DNA of 64,000 nucleotides from Gammaproteobacteria bacterium (GTDB lineage Bacteria; Pseudomonadota; Gammaproteobacteria; UBA1113): NCBI GenBank assembly GCA_021156165.1, contig JAJNBM010000001.1, positions 8,577 to 72,576 of the forward strand, read 5' to 3'. Shown piece by piece: positions 38,837 to 48,100 of this stretch (position 1 is its first letter; each line of letters starts with the position of its first letter). The notes under the pieces were generated by a model. It saw only the letters and a program-made list of their open reading frames with translations, ran no database searches and was not told where the DNA came from. The position numbers and the translations under genes were made by a program.

Positions 38837-40573
38837 ATGCCGCGGATCGTGCGTAGGCTCGCGAATGAAACTAACCAGCAAAAATTAAGCGGCCATTTAC
38901 CTCCATTATTACGGCGTATTTATGCGGCTCGGGAGGTGTCGGATATGGCGCAATTAGATCATGAACTTAATCAACTTTTACCCTATCACGATTTGCTCAA
39001 TATAGAACGCGCGACCCACTATTTAGTCACTATGTTGCAACAACAATTACGGGTATTGATCATTGGCGATTTCGATGCCGATGGCGCGACGAGTGCTGCA
39101 TTATTAGTATCGGTATTGCGTACTTTTGGGTTACAGGAAGTCAATTATTTGGTGCCGAATCGTTTTGAATATGGTTATGGTTTGACACCCGAAATTGTGG
39201 TGGTAGCCAAAGAGCGCAACCCGGATTGGATCATCACGGTAGACAATGGTATTTCCAGTCATGCCGGTATCGCCAAAGCGCATGAATTGGGGATGAAGGT
39301 GATGGTCACCGATCACCACTTACCTGCAGACACTTTGCCGCCAGCGGAAGTAATCATTAATCCGAATCAACCGGGTTGTCCATTTGCCAGCAAAGCTTTG
39401 GCCGGGGTAGGCGTGGCTTTTTATCTCTTATTGGCCTTACGTGCGCGTTTACGAGAAATGAATTGGTTTGAGGAGCATAATATTATAGAGCCTAATTTAG
39501 CGCATGCTTTAGATTTAGTGGCTTTAGGAACGGTCGCCGATGTCGTGCCTTTAGACCGCAATAATCGCATTTTGGTATATCAAGGATTAAGGCGCATGCG
39601 TTTAGGGCGTATGCGCCCTGGGATCCGCGCCTTGCTAGAAGCGTCGGGTCGCAGCGTTCACCAATTGGTGGCTACTGATTTGGGTTTTGGCGTAGGTCCG
39701 CGTTTAAATGCTGCGGGGCGCTTAGACGATATGTCATTGGGAATTGAATGTTTGTTGGCAGAAGATCACGATCAAGCACGTCATATTGCGGAACAGTTAT
39801 CGCTATTAAATGAAGAGCGCAAGCAAATAGGCGATGACATGCAGCAACAAGCGATGCAGATTGTTCAAGCCTTGCATTTGGGCGAGGGTAAGGATTTACC
39901 CGCCGGTTTGTGTTTATACGATCGCAGCTGGCATCAAGGGGTAATTGGTATTTTAGCGGCGCGTATTAAAGAAGCGTATCACCGTCCTGTGATCGCTTTT
40001 GCTCACAATGAGGGGAGGGTATTAAAAGGTTCGGCGCGTTCGGTGAAAGGGGTTAATATACGCGATATCTTGGATCTAGTGGATAAACGCTGTCCGGGGG
40101 TGCTTCTTACCTTTGGCGGTCACGCTATGGCGGCGGGTTTAAGTTTAGATGAAAAAGATTTTTCTGTATTTAGCGCTGCTTTTGCTGCAGAAATAAGCAA
40201 ATTTTTAAATGCAGACGATCTACAAGGCGTTTATTACAGCGATGGCGAACTGGCTTTAGACGAATACACGTTAGACATGGCGACACAATTGCGTGAAGGC
40301 GGACCTTGGGGGCAGGCTTTTCCTGAACCCAGTTTTGATGGCGAATTTAATTTACTCAATCAACGCATCGTCGGTGCTAAACATTTAAAGTTGCAATTGG
40401 GTTTTCCTGGAAGCCACCGCATTTTGGATGCGATTTATTTTAATATTAATACGGAAGAATGGCCAAATCGCCGGGCAGAGCGCGTACGTGCGGTATATAA
40501 GTTGGATGTAAATGAATATCAAAGCAAACGTAATGTACAATTGTTGATTGAACATTTAGAGGCGATTACTTAA
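38837..40573 (+). CDS. recJ: single-stranded-DNA-specific exonuclease RecJ
   Basis: DHH motifs VLIIGDFDADGATS, ITVDNG, MVTDHH and DHH-associated DHHA1 domain (GGHAMAAG). Confidence 0.9.
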   Translation: MPRIVRRLANETNQQKLSGHLPPLLRRIYAAREVSDMAQLDHELNQLLPYHDLLNIERATHYLVTMLQQQLRVLIIGDFDADGATSAALLVSVLRTFGLQEVNYLVPNRFEYGYGLTPEIVVVAKERNPDWIITVDNGISSHAGIAKAHELGMKVMVTDHHLPADTLPPAEVIINPNQPGCPFASKALAGVGVAFYLLLALRARLREMNWFEEHNIIEPNLAHALDLVALGTVADVVPLDRNNRILVYQGLRRMRLGRMRPGIRALLEASGRSVHQLVATDLGFGVGPRLNAAGRLDDMSLGIECLLAEDHDQARHIAEQLSLLNEERKQIGDDMQQQAMQIVQALHLGEGKDLPAGLCLYDRSWHQGVIGILAARIKEAYHRPVIAFAHNEGRVLKGSARSVKGVNIRDILDLVDKRCPGVLLTFGGHAMAAGLSLDEKDFSVFSAAFAAEISKFLNADDLQGVYYSDGELALDEYTLDMATQLREGGPWGQAFPEPSFDGEFNLLNQRIVGAKHLKLQLGFPGSHRILDAIYFNINTEEWPNRRAERVRAVYKLDVNEYQSKRNVQLLIEHLEAIT

Positions 40574-40645
40574 TTTCTATTGCTCTGAATCGTCGTTGCA
40601 TCATGAACTATAAAATTGCACGGTAAGTCGTTTGGTGTGGAGTTC

Positions 40646-40822
40646 GTCATTGCGAGCCAGTGAGCGCAGCGAACAAGGCGAAGCAATCCAGGAAAATAGT
40701 CAACAATGAAGATGAACGTTATGTATTATGAAATTTATAAAGAACTGTGGTGCTGATAAATTCAGGATTTTAACCCCGGGATTGCCACGACCACTCGCTG
40801 GCGCTCGTGGTCTCGCAATGAC
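40646..40822. repeat. MITE-like element, family C (TIRs GTCATTGCGAGCCAGTGAGCG / CGCTCGTGGTCTCGCAATGAC; internal GCAATCCAGGAAAAT and its complement)
   Basis: same TIR and internal motif as the inner element at 6694..6929. Confidence 0.65.
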
Positions 40823-40876
40823 GCCGTTCAGTGCACAAAATGCATTTAGGTTATAATTTAGAAAGGAGAAAATACA

Positions 40877-41749
40877 ATGGCTAAGATAGGGTTTATCGGT
40901 TTAGGCCATATGGGTGCGCCTATGGCGGCGAATTTATTAAAAGCAGGACATAGTCTGACAGTTTTTGATGTAACCCCGGTATCGTTGGCAGGCGCTACAG
41001 TAGCGGCAAGCTTAGCTGAGCTTGTAAAAAATGTGGATTATGTGGTGTCTATGTTACCTGCGGGCGCGCACGTGCTCGAAGTATATTTGGGTGATGATGG
41101 CTTATTAGCGCATGCGCCTAAAGCTTTAACGTACATTGAATGTTCCACCATCGATGTCGCAACAGCAAAAGCGATACATGCTGCTATAGAACAAAAAGGC
41201 GGTGTCTGTGTGGATGCACCGGTTTCAGGAGGTACGGCCAGTGCGGCTGCCGGTACTTTAACTTTTATGGTCGGTGGTAGCGATAAAGCCTTTGCCGAGG
41301 TTAAACCTATTTTAGAAGGCATGGGTAAAAAAATATTTCATGCGGGCAACGCAGGTTGCGGGCAAATGGCAAAGATCTGTAATAACCTTTTATTAGGCAT
41401 TTCTATGATAGGGGTGTGTGAAGCTTTTAATCTGGGCAAGGCCTTAGGCTTAGCGCCACAAGCTTTTTTTGATATTTGTAAGGAAGCCTCAGGACAGTGT
41501 TGGTCATTAACGCAATATTGCCCCGAGCCGGGTATTGTGCCGCATACCCCGGCCAATCATCAGTATGAACCGGGTTTTATGGCGAAAATGATGTTAAAGG
41601 ATCTGAATTTAGCGGCAGGTGCTGCCGATAGCGTGGAAGCAGCAATGCCCTTGGGGGACAAGGCGCGTGATTTATATCAAGCTTTTTGCGATGAAGGTGG
41701 ATTAGATAAGGATTTTTCAGGGATCATTGAGTGGTTGCAGAAGCAGTAG
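40877..41749 (+). CDS. mmsB: 3-hydroxyisobutyrate dehydrogenase family NAD-binding oxidoreductase
   Basis: N-terminal KIGFIGLGHMGAPMAANL Rossmann motif and 6-PGDH-like C-terminal domain. Confidence 0.75.
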   Translation: MAKIGFIGLGHMGAPMAANLLKAGHSLTVFDVTPVSLAGATVAASLAELVKNVDYVVSMLPAGAHVLEVYLGDDGLLAHAPKALTYIECSTIDVATAKAIHAAIEQKGGVCVDAPVSGGTASAAAGTLTFMVGGSDKAFAEVKPILEGMGKKIFHAGNAGCGQMAKICNNLLLGISMIGVCEAFNLGKALGLAPQAFFDICKEASGQCWSLTQYCPEPGIVPHTPANHQYEPGFMAKMMLKDLNLAAGAADSVEAAMPLGDKARDLYQAFCDEGGLDKDFSGIIEWLQKQ

Positions 41750-41865
41750 GGAAAATATTCAGATAATCGATATTTTCGTAGGGGTAGGTTCCGTTCCTCC
41801 GCAAGAGGGAAAATACATTGCTTCTGCGTCTTTGACTTATGTTCGGAATGTAGCGAGAATATACT

Positions 41866-42528
41866 ATGCATGAAGCAATCATCTTAGACTTCGATGGCGT
41901 TATTTTACAGAGCGAGCCTATACATTATCAAGCATATAACACGCTCTTAAGCGAATATAACATCGTTTTGTCTGAAAAAGAATATTTCGCAGAATATGCC
42001 GGCCTGTCTGACAAAGAATTATTTCCTAAGCTATTTGAAAATAAAAATGTTCCATTACGGCAAACGCAAATGAGCGACTTGATCCTACGAAAAGTTGCTA
42101 TTTATAAGCAATTGATTCAAGGCATGATAGCATTACCCTTGATTCAGGGTTTAGGCGAGTATTTACGTCATGCTCGCAAGCTATTTAAAAAGCTTGCTAT
42201 TTGCTCAGGTGCTACTGAAGCCGAAGTTATGGTTGTTTTAAATAAATTATATCAGCAAAAAATAGTACCTCCGTTTGATGTGATTGTGACCGCCCAGGAT
42301 GTACAATGTGGTAAACCCTCGCCAGAAGGTTATCTGCTGACAGCACAGCGATTGGGCATATCGCCAACGCAATGCATGGTAGTAGAAGATTCTCCACATG
42401 GTATTGATGCTGGGAAAAAAGCGGGTATGTATGTGGTTGCGCTGGCAACTACATTTAATCCGTCTTTATTGCAACAAGCGGATGTTATTTTTACTGATTT
42501 TGTGCAGTTGAGCGGAGTTTCTGTATAA
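41866..42528 (+). CDS. HAD-superfamily hydrolase (beta-phosphoglucomutase-like subfamily IA)
   Basis: motif I ILDFDGVIL, motif III K near QCGKPSPEGY, motif IV VVEDSPHGIDAG. Confidence 0.75.
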   Translation: MHEAIILDFDGVILQSEPIHYQAYNTLLSEYNIVLSEKEYFAEYAGLSDKELFPKLFENKNVPLRQTQMSDLILRKVAIYKQLIQGMIALPLIQGLGEYLRHARKLFKKLAICSGATEAEVMVVLNKLYQQKIVPPFDVIVTAQDVQCGKPSPEGYLLTAQRLGISPTQCMVVEDSPHGIDAGKKAGMYVVALATTFNPSLLQQADVIFTDFVQLSGVSV

Positions 42529-42550
42529 TAATTGTTCATATACAAACACC

Positions 42551-42700
42551 AAAATGGCCGATAAATCTAAAAAAGTGGCCAGTAAATCTAATAAAGTGGC
42601 CGATAAAGCGGAAAAGTGGCCAGAAAATATAAAAAAATGGCCGATAAAGCTGGAAAATGGCCGATAAACGGTTATAATGAATAAAAGTGGCCGATATTTT
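42551..42700 (+). repeat. array of seven direct repeats, core (G)TGGCC(G/A)RTAAA, spaced 20-21 bp; TATAAT (42673..42678) between repeats 6 and 7
   Basis: TGGCC cores at 42555, 42576, 42597, 42617, 42638, 42658, 42688; the last repeat overlaps the 5' end of the Fic ORF. Confidence 0.7.
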
Positions 42701-42719
42701 TAGCTTTCAAGGACAACAG

Positions 42720-44054
42720 ATGACCGGAAAAATAGATGCTTTAATCAGTGTATTAAAAGTGCATACTGATCCTATGTCGGTTGGTGAGATTAAAGCCGCT
42801 TTAAAAGAGGAAATTCCTGAACGTACGCTGCGCCGTTGGTTGAAGGTGCTGGTGGATGAGGGGGTGGTGTTGGCCCTTGGGCAATACAAAGCCAGACGCT
42901 ATCAATTAAATTCTATCGTAATACAATCGCACCCCTCCCCTTTTTTTTCAGAACACAGCCTTTTGGTTCTACAAGCCGTAGAACGGCCTATCTTTGAACG
43001 TGAACCCTGTGCTTATCACGAGGCTTGGTTAAAGCAGTATATTCCCAACGAAAGTTTCTATTTAACACAAGCGGAACGGGAAATTTTAGCTCAAAATAGT
43101 CTATTACCTTTTGAAGAGGGCATTGCTAACACCTATGCACGGAAAATTTTTAATCGCTTGTTAATCGATTTATCTTATAACTCATCCAGACTAGAAGGTA
43201 ACACGTATACACTCATTGAAACACAAAAGCTCATTTTAGAAGGTAAAGTACCGCTAGACAAACTAGATGTTGAAAAACTGATGATATTGAATCATAAACA
43301 AGCTATTCAGTTTTTGGTAGATAGAATTGGCCGAATTAAGGTGGATCTTAATTCAATTAGAACGATGCATTATCTATTGGCAGATGGCTTAATTTTAGCG
43401 GACGATGCTGGACAGATTCGTAAGGAATCGGTGCGGATATCATTAAGTACCTATATCCTTGTAGAAGGAGAAAAGAGATTATTACAGCTTCTAGAATGTA
43501 TCGTTGAAACAGCCTCTAAAATCAGGGACCCTTTTGAGCAAAGCTTTTTTCTGTTGGTACATATTGCTTACCTACAACCCTTTATTGATGTCAATAAACG
43601 TACTGCTAGATTATGTTCGAATATCCCATTAATTAAAAATAGTCTGATCCCCTTGTCTTTTAATGATGTAGACAAAGATGAATATATTTCCTCCATGATT
43701 GCTATCTATGAATATAATGATACTAGGCCATTGGCTGAATTGTATATATGGTCTTACTTGCGTTCTTGCCAGCAATATCAAGCTTTGAGCGTAGAAGTGG
43801 GTATTGATATGATTCATGTGCGTTATAGGCAGTTACAAAGAAAATTAATTGCTAAAATGATACAAGAAAAAATAACCGGAACGGCTATTAAAGTAGCCAT
43901 TCAAGAGTTTGCGCGAAAGAATGTTCCGGATGAAGATCAAGAAGCTTTTATAGATAACACCCAGCATCAAGTGGATACGCTAGAAGAATATAAAATTGTC
44001 GGGATGGGGATCTCTGTGCAAGAATTTTTGGCATGGAGGAAAAATAAAAAATGA
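42720..44054 (+). CDS. Fic/Doc-family protein with N-terminal winged-helix domain; Doc-type motif with His replaced by Gln
   Basis: N-terminal wHTH-like segment (SVGEIKAALKEEIPERTLRRWLKVLVDEGVV); core motif LQPFIDVNKRTARL corresponds to HxFx(D)xNKRTA of Doc-type Fic domains; start set to MTGK because the upstream ORF extension merely reads through the repeat array. Confidence 0.65.
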   Translation: MTGKIDALISVLKVHTDPMSVGEIKAALKEEIPERTLRRWLKVLVDEGVVLALGQYKARRYQLNSIVIQSHPSPFFSEHSLLVLQAVERPIFEREPCAYHEAWLKQYIPNESFYLTQAEREILAQNSLLPFEEGIANTYARKIFNRLLIDLSYNSSRLEGNTYTLIETQKLILEGKVPLDKLDVEKLMILNHKQAIQFLVDRIGRIKVDLNSIRTMHYLLADGLILADDAGQIRKESVRISLSTYILVEGEKRLLQLLECIVETASKIRDPFEQSFFLLVHIAYLQPFIDVNKRTARLCSNIPLIKNSLIPLSFNDVDKDEYISSMIAIYEYNDTRPLAELYIWSYLRSCQQYQALSVEVGIDMIHVRYRQLQRKLIAKMIQEKITGTAIKVAIQEFARKNVPDEDQEAFIDNTQHQVDTLEEYKIVGMGISVQEFLAWRKNKK

Positions 44055-44824
44055 GCTCAATCAAAATAGAACCTATTAAAGCTTTCACAGATAATTACAT
44101 CTGGGCTATCGTCAATGCGGCGAATAAAAACTTTTGGGTAGTTGATCCGGGTGAAGCTCAGCCTGTGATAGAGTATATAAAAGCGCAAGGGTTAAATCTT
44201 TGTGGTATTTTAATCACGCATCGTCATAAAGATCATTGCGGCGGCGTTGCTGAACTAAGGCAAAAATATACTATCCCTGTGTATGGTCCAAAGCACAGCG
44301 ATATTTTAGCAACCGATGTCGTTCAGAATAAGCAGAAAATATTTCTATCTGAGTGTAATCTATCTTTTGAAGTGCTGGCTATTCCCGGGCATACTTTAGA
44401 ACACATCGCTTATTATTGTGCAACAAAGCATTTGCTTTTTTGTGGAGACACTTTATTTTCAGCGGGTTGTGGGCGTGTTTTTGAGGGAACACCGCGGCAA
44501 ATGGTGGATTCATTGATGACGCTAGCCCGTTTACCCGACGATACGCTGGTCTATTGCGCGCATGAATATACACTAAAAAATTTGGAATTTGCAAAGCTTG
44601 TTGAGCCCCAAAATGAAGATATAGCGCAGCAATTGGCTTTTGTATATAGTCTTGCAGGCAGATCCAGCGTGCCTACAACCTTAGCCCTTGAGAAAAAAAT
44701 AAACCCCTTTTTACGTGCAGATAGAGCAACCGTGATTGCTGCCGCAGAGACAAAAGTAGGGCATCCTTTAAAGGAAAGGGTTAATGTTTTTTCTGCAATA
44801 CGGGCGTGGAAAAATAATTTTTAG
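44051..44824 (+). CDS. gloB: hydroxyacylglutathione hydrolase (glyoxalase II)
   Basis: metallo-beta-lactamase THRHKDHCGG (THxHxDH) motif and GloB-type C-terminus. Confidence 0.85.
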   Translation: MSSIKIEPIKAFTDNYIWAIVNAANKNFWVVDPGEAQPVIEYIKAQGLNLCGILITHRHKDHCGGVAELRQKYTIPVYGPKHSDILATDVVQNKQKIFLSECNLSFEVLAIPGHTLEHIAYYCATKHLLFCGDTLFSAGCGRVFEGTPRQMVDSLMTLARLPDDTLVYCAHEYTLKNLEFAKLVEPQNEDIAQQLAFVYSLAGRSSVPTTLALEKKINPFLRADRATVIAAAETKVGHPLKERVNVFSAIRAWKNNF

Positions 44825-45057
44825 AACAGCAACCAGAGGCATCAAGGGTAAAGCAGATGCTGTTTTGGAAAAAGGCCTATTAGCTTGCGGAAGGAAGAGA
44901 ACAGGAATAATAAGTATTCCTCAGTGTTTCAGTAGCCTCACAGTCTTCAAATGAACTAAGCTTATACCCCTATTTCTTCTAATGCATTATTTTAGCGGGT
45001 GTACTTATACTTAAGAAAATGGGTATGAAATTATAATTTTTTTGTAAACTACAAACC

Positions 45058-45089
45058 TTAATTTTCCCTTAAGCTTTATTTGCTATTCT
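45058..45089 (+). promoter_or_regulatory. PmrA-type box CTTAATTTTCCCTTAAGCTT (TTAA-N7-TTAA) followed 11 nt later by TATTCT -10-like hexamer
   Basis: TTAA at 45058 and 45069; almost the same 20-mer as at 12711; 30 bp upstream of the 1609-aa ORF. Confidence 0.55.
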
Positions 45090-45118
45090 ATTCCGCAATA
45101 ATAAATTAAAAATGGGTA

Positions 45119-48100
45119 ATGAATATGGCTGCTGATTCTAAGCAAGTGGTTAAAAATCAAGAAGGTAATAGCAAAAGGCAGGGAAAATGGAAAAGAGTAA
45201 TTATCTTGGATTATGATATGCGGATGCCCGATACTATAGAGGGGTTGGCAAAACCCTATAGACAACAAGGCATTGCAGTGCACAATGTAACAATATCGAG
45301 CGAGAATAAAATAGCATGGCCCGAGAATCTGCCCTTAATAGATAAAGACGACAAAATTATCACTTTTGCCCACGGTGCTCCAGCTCAAGAGCATATCCAA
45401 TCCCATTCCACACAAACTCTTTTATCTGCTGCTGAGCTTGCAGAAATTATCGCCTCTCACACTCAGAAAAATGTAGAGCGGCTATCGATAAGTCACCTTT
45501 CCTGTTTGGGTGGTCTAGGGTTGCAAGCCTATTCTCCTCACGGGAGTTTTGCTGCCCACTTGCTTCATTTATTGAGGGAGAAGGGCATAAAAAATCCCAT
45601 CATAACTGCTTTACGCCATATACTCCTTCTGAGTTCAACGGGGCCTAAACAAACTCTATCGGTTCTCAATTTCCCTCTACCGACCACCTCTTCTGAAAAT
45701 GGGGAGATTAACCTTACCCATATAAATAATGTGGAAAGATATATGGGCCTTAATTTTGGTCTAGAAAAATTGCCTGGCTCAAAAGTGAGATTAAGCTTAA
45801 GCCAAGATGATAGAGAAGAATTAATTGTTACTTATCCTTATGGCGAATCTCAAATTATGAAGGTATATGAGCTCAATGAGGATGATATTAAAAAATCATA
45901 TCCACCTTATGCGGCTGCACGCGATAAGATAAAAAACGAAGCAATAAAGGCTCTTGCCGATGTATTGGCTGAAGCAAAGAAAGCCGCTGAAGCGAGCGGC
46001 TTAGTGATACCCTCCGCGATTGGGGAGCCTATTTTTAAGGTAATGCCTAAGGAACTATCTCACTTATATTTTTTTGATTCTAGGACCATTATAAATTTTA
46101 TTGAAAAAAACAATAAGAACCGAAGCGACAAAGAAATATCTCCAGCAGTACTTAACTGGGAAAAAGATGTGAAAGACAAAATTGCGATAAGGCCAGAGCT
46201 TAGCTTCTATCTGTCACAGCAAGAAGTTTTGTTCTCTATACTTAAAAATGCAGTGGAGAAAATGAAAATCGGTTCTGGTTACGAAAAAATCGCGATCGGT
46301 TCGGATTATGAAAAAATCAATGCTAATCTTTTAACACAGCTTAACTATTTTGCTGGTTCTAATATCCCTAACCTTATTATAAGTGGAATAAGAGCCTTAC
46401 ATGAAAATGAACGGTATATGGATAGGATAGATAGAGAGGCATTTTTAGCGTTATCTGAAAAGGGACAACACCAGTTAGCCATCCTGGTATCAATAGATCC
46501 TCAAGAGCGAGACAAACTGTGTGAGCCATTCTCAGAAAAATTGAACCCCATTATTGGTCCTATTAATTTTCTTAAAAAAATTATTAAAACTGAATTGAAT
46601 GCACAGGCTTTAAGAGGAGAAACTCTAGAGGCAGAGCTGATTGTACTATCTAAATTAAGCACTCTACATCAAATGAAAGAGTATGTCGAAAAAGCTAAAA
46701 AAGACAACCAAACCTTACCCGAAGATATCAAAGAAGTTCCGATTGATCACAAAACCTGGTCAGAAAGAGTGTTGGCTATTTTTAAACTCATTCAGGACTC
46801 TGATTCTCTCAATGAGGTGGAAATGGAGATTCAGTGTGATAGGCTTAAAGCAATGTTAAGGTTTTATACACTTAAAGCTTTTATTAAAGCCGAATTGAAT
46901 GAAAATTTTGAGGAAGAAAAACATCTTTCTGCTCAATTGTCTACTCTTGTGAACTCTCGCGATTTGGCCGAGATGAAAGAACGCGCAGCACTATACTTGC
47001 AAAAAATGGATGATAAATTCTTAACAAAAAAGACAAGGAGAATATGCGCAATAATTGTGGAGCTCGATTCCATAGAGAAAATAGAACAAGCGCTTCGGTT
47101 TGATGCGCTTAAAGAATTTATTAAGGCTAAATTTAAGGAGAATTCTAGGGGACACACCGCCCTCTCTACTTCAGTTCGCTTTCTCTTGGAGTCGCAAAAT
47201 TTAGCCGAGATGAAAGAACGCGCAAAGTACCATCTCAAGACCAAGAGTTCCCTCACACCAAAGACCCGAATGGTATGCCAAACGGTTATGGATTTTGACT
47301 CTATAGAAGACATAGGGGAGGCACTTCAGGGCAAAATCGACATTAAAAGGGAACTATTTAATACTATTAAAGATTTTTTCAAACCAGAAATGAAGCAGAT
47401 TATTGAGACCCACCCTTGGGACGCCCCGCAATCGCCGCAAAGAATAGATTTAAGGAACCTACAAGGCCTTGCGGGCTATCGTCTAAAACATGAGAAAAAA
47501 CCGCACCCCAGGGCGAAGATTGTTTATGATATTATTAGTACTTCCGGTTCTTTAGAAGCAATAAGAGATGGGATTTTGTTTTATCGTCTTAAAACACTTA
47601 TTAAACATACATTCCAGGAGAGATCTCGGCAAGAGAACAATCCTTATGTTGACCCAATGGCTTCTCTACTGCAAGCTGGAAATTTAGCTGAGATGAAAGC
47701 ATGCGCAAAGGCCTCTCTGCAAAAGGGGAATGTCCTCTTAACAGAAAAAACCAGAAGTGTGTGTGCAATGGTGGTGGATTTAGACTCTATAGAGGAGATA
47801 AGAAAGGCGATTCTGTTTTATATAATTAGAGAACTTATTAAAGAGCAATTTAAAGAAGACTACTGTAAGCTCCCTTCAGTTCGTGCTTTAATAAATGCTC
47901 AAAATTTAGCCGAAATGAAAAAAGAGGCAAATTCTTACCTGAAAGAGGCAAAAAGCGACTTAGCCGAAAAGGTAAAGCAAGTTTGTCAAACGGTGACAGT
48001 TTTTGACTCTATAGAGAAAATAAAAGAAGTGCTTTCTTTTCATGCGCTTAAAGAGGTTATTAAACACGACCTTAAGGAGCTTAAAGGCCATTATTCCTAC

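Noticed and set aside
42551-42700. CRISPR array?
   Set aside because: Repeat units are only ~12-15 bp with 6-8 bp AT-rich gaps, not 25-40 bp repeats with unique 30-40 bp spacers; no cas genes nearby. Treated as an operator/iteron-like array instead.
42687-42719. N-terminal MADIFSFQGQQ extension of the Fic ORF
   Set aside because: It is the last direct repeat read as codons; an SD and ATG at 42720 give a sensible start.
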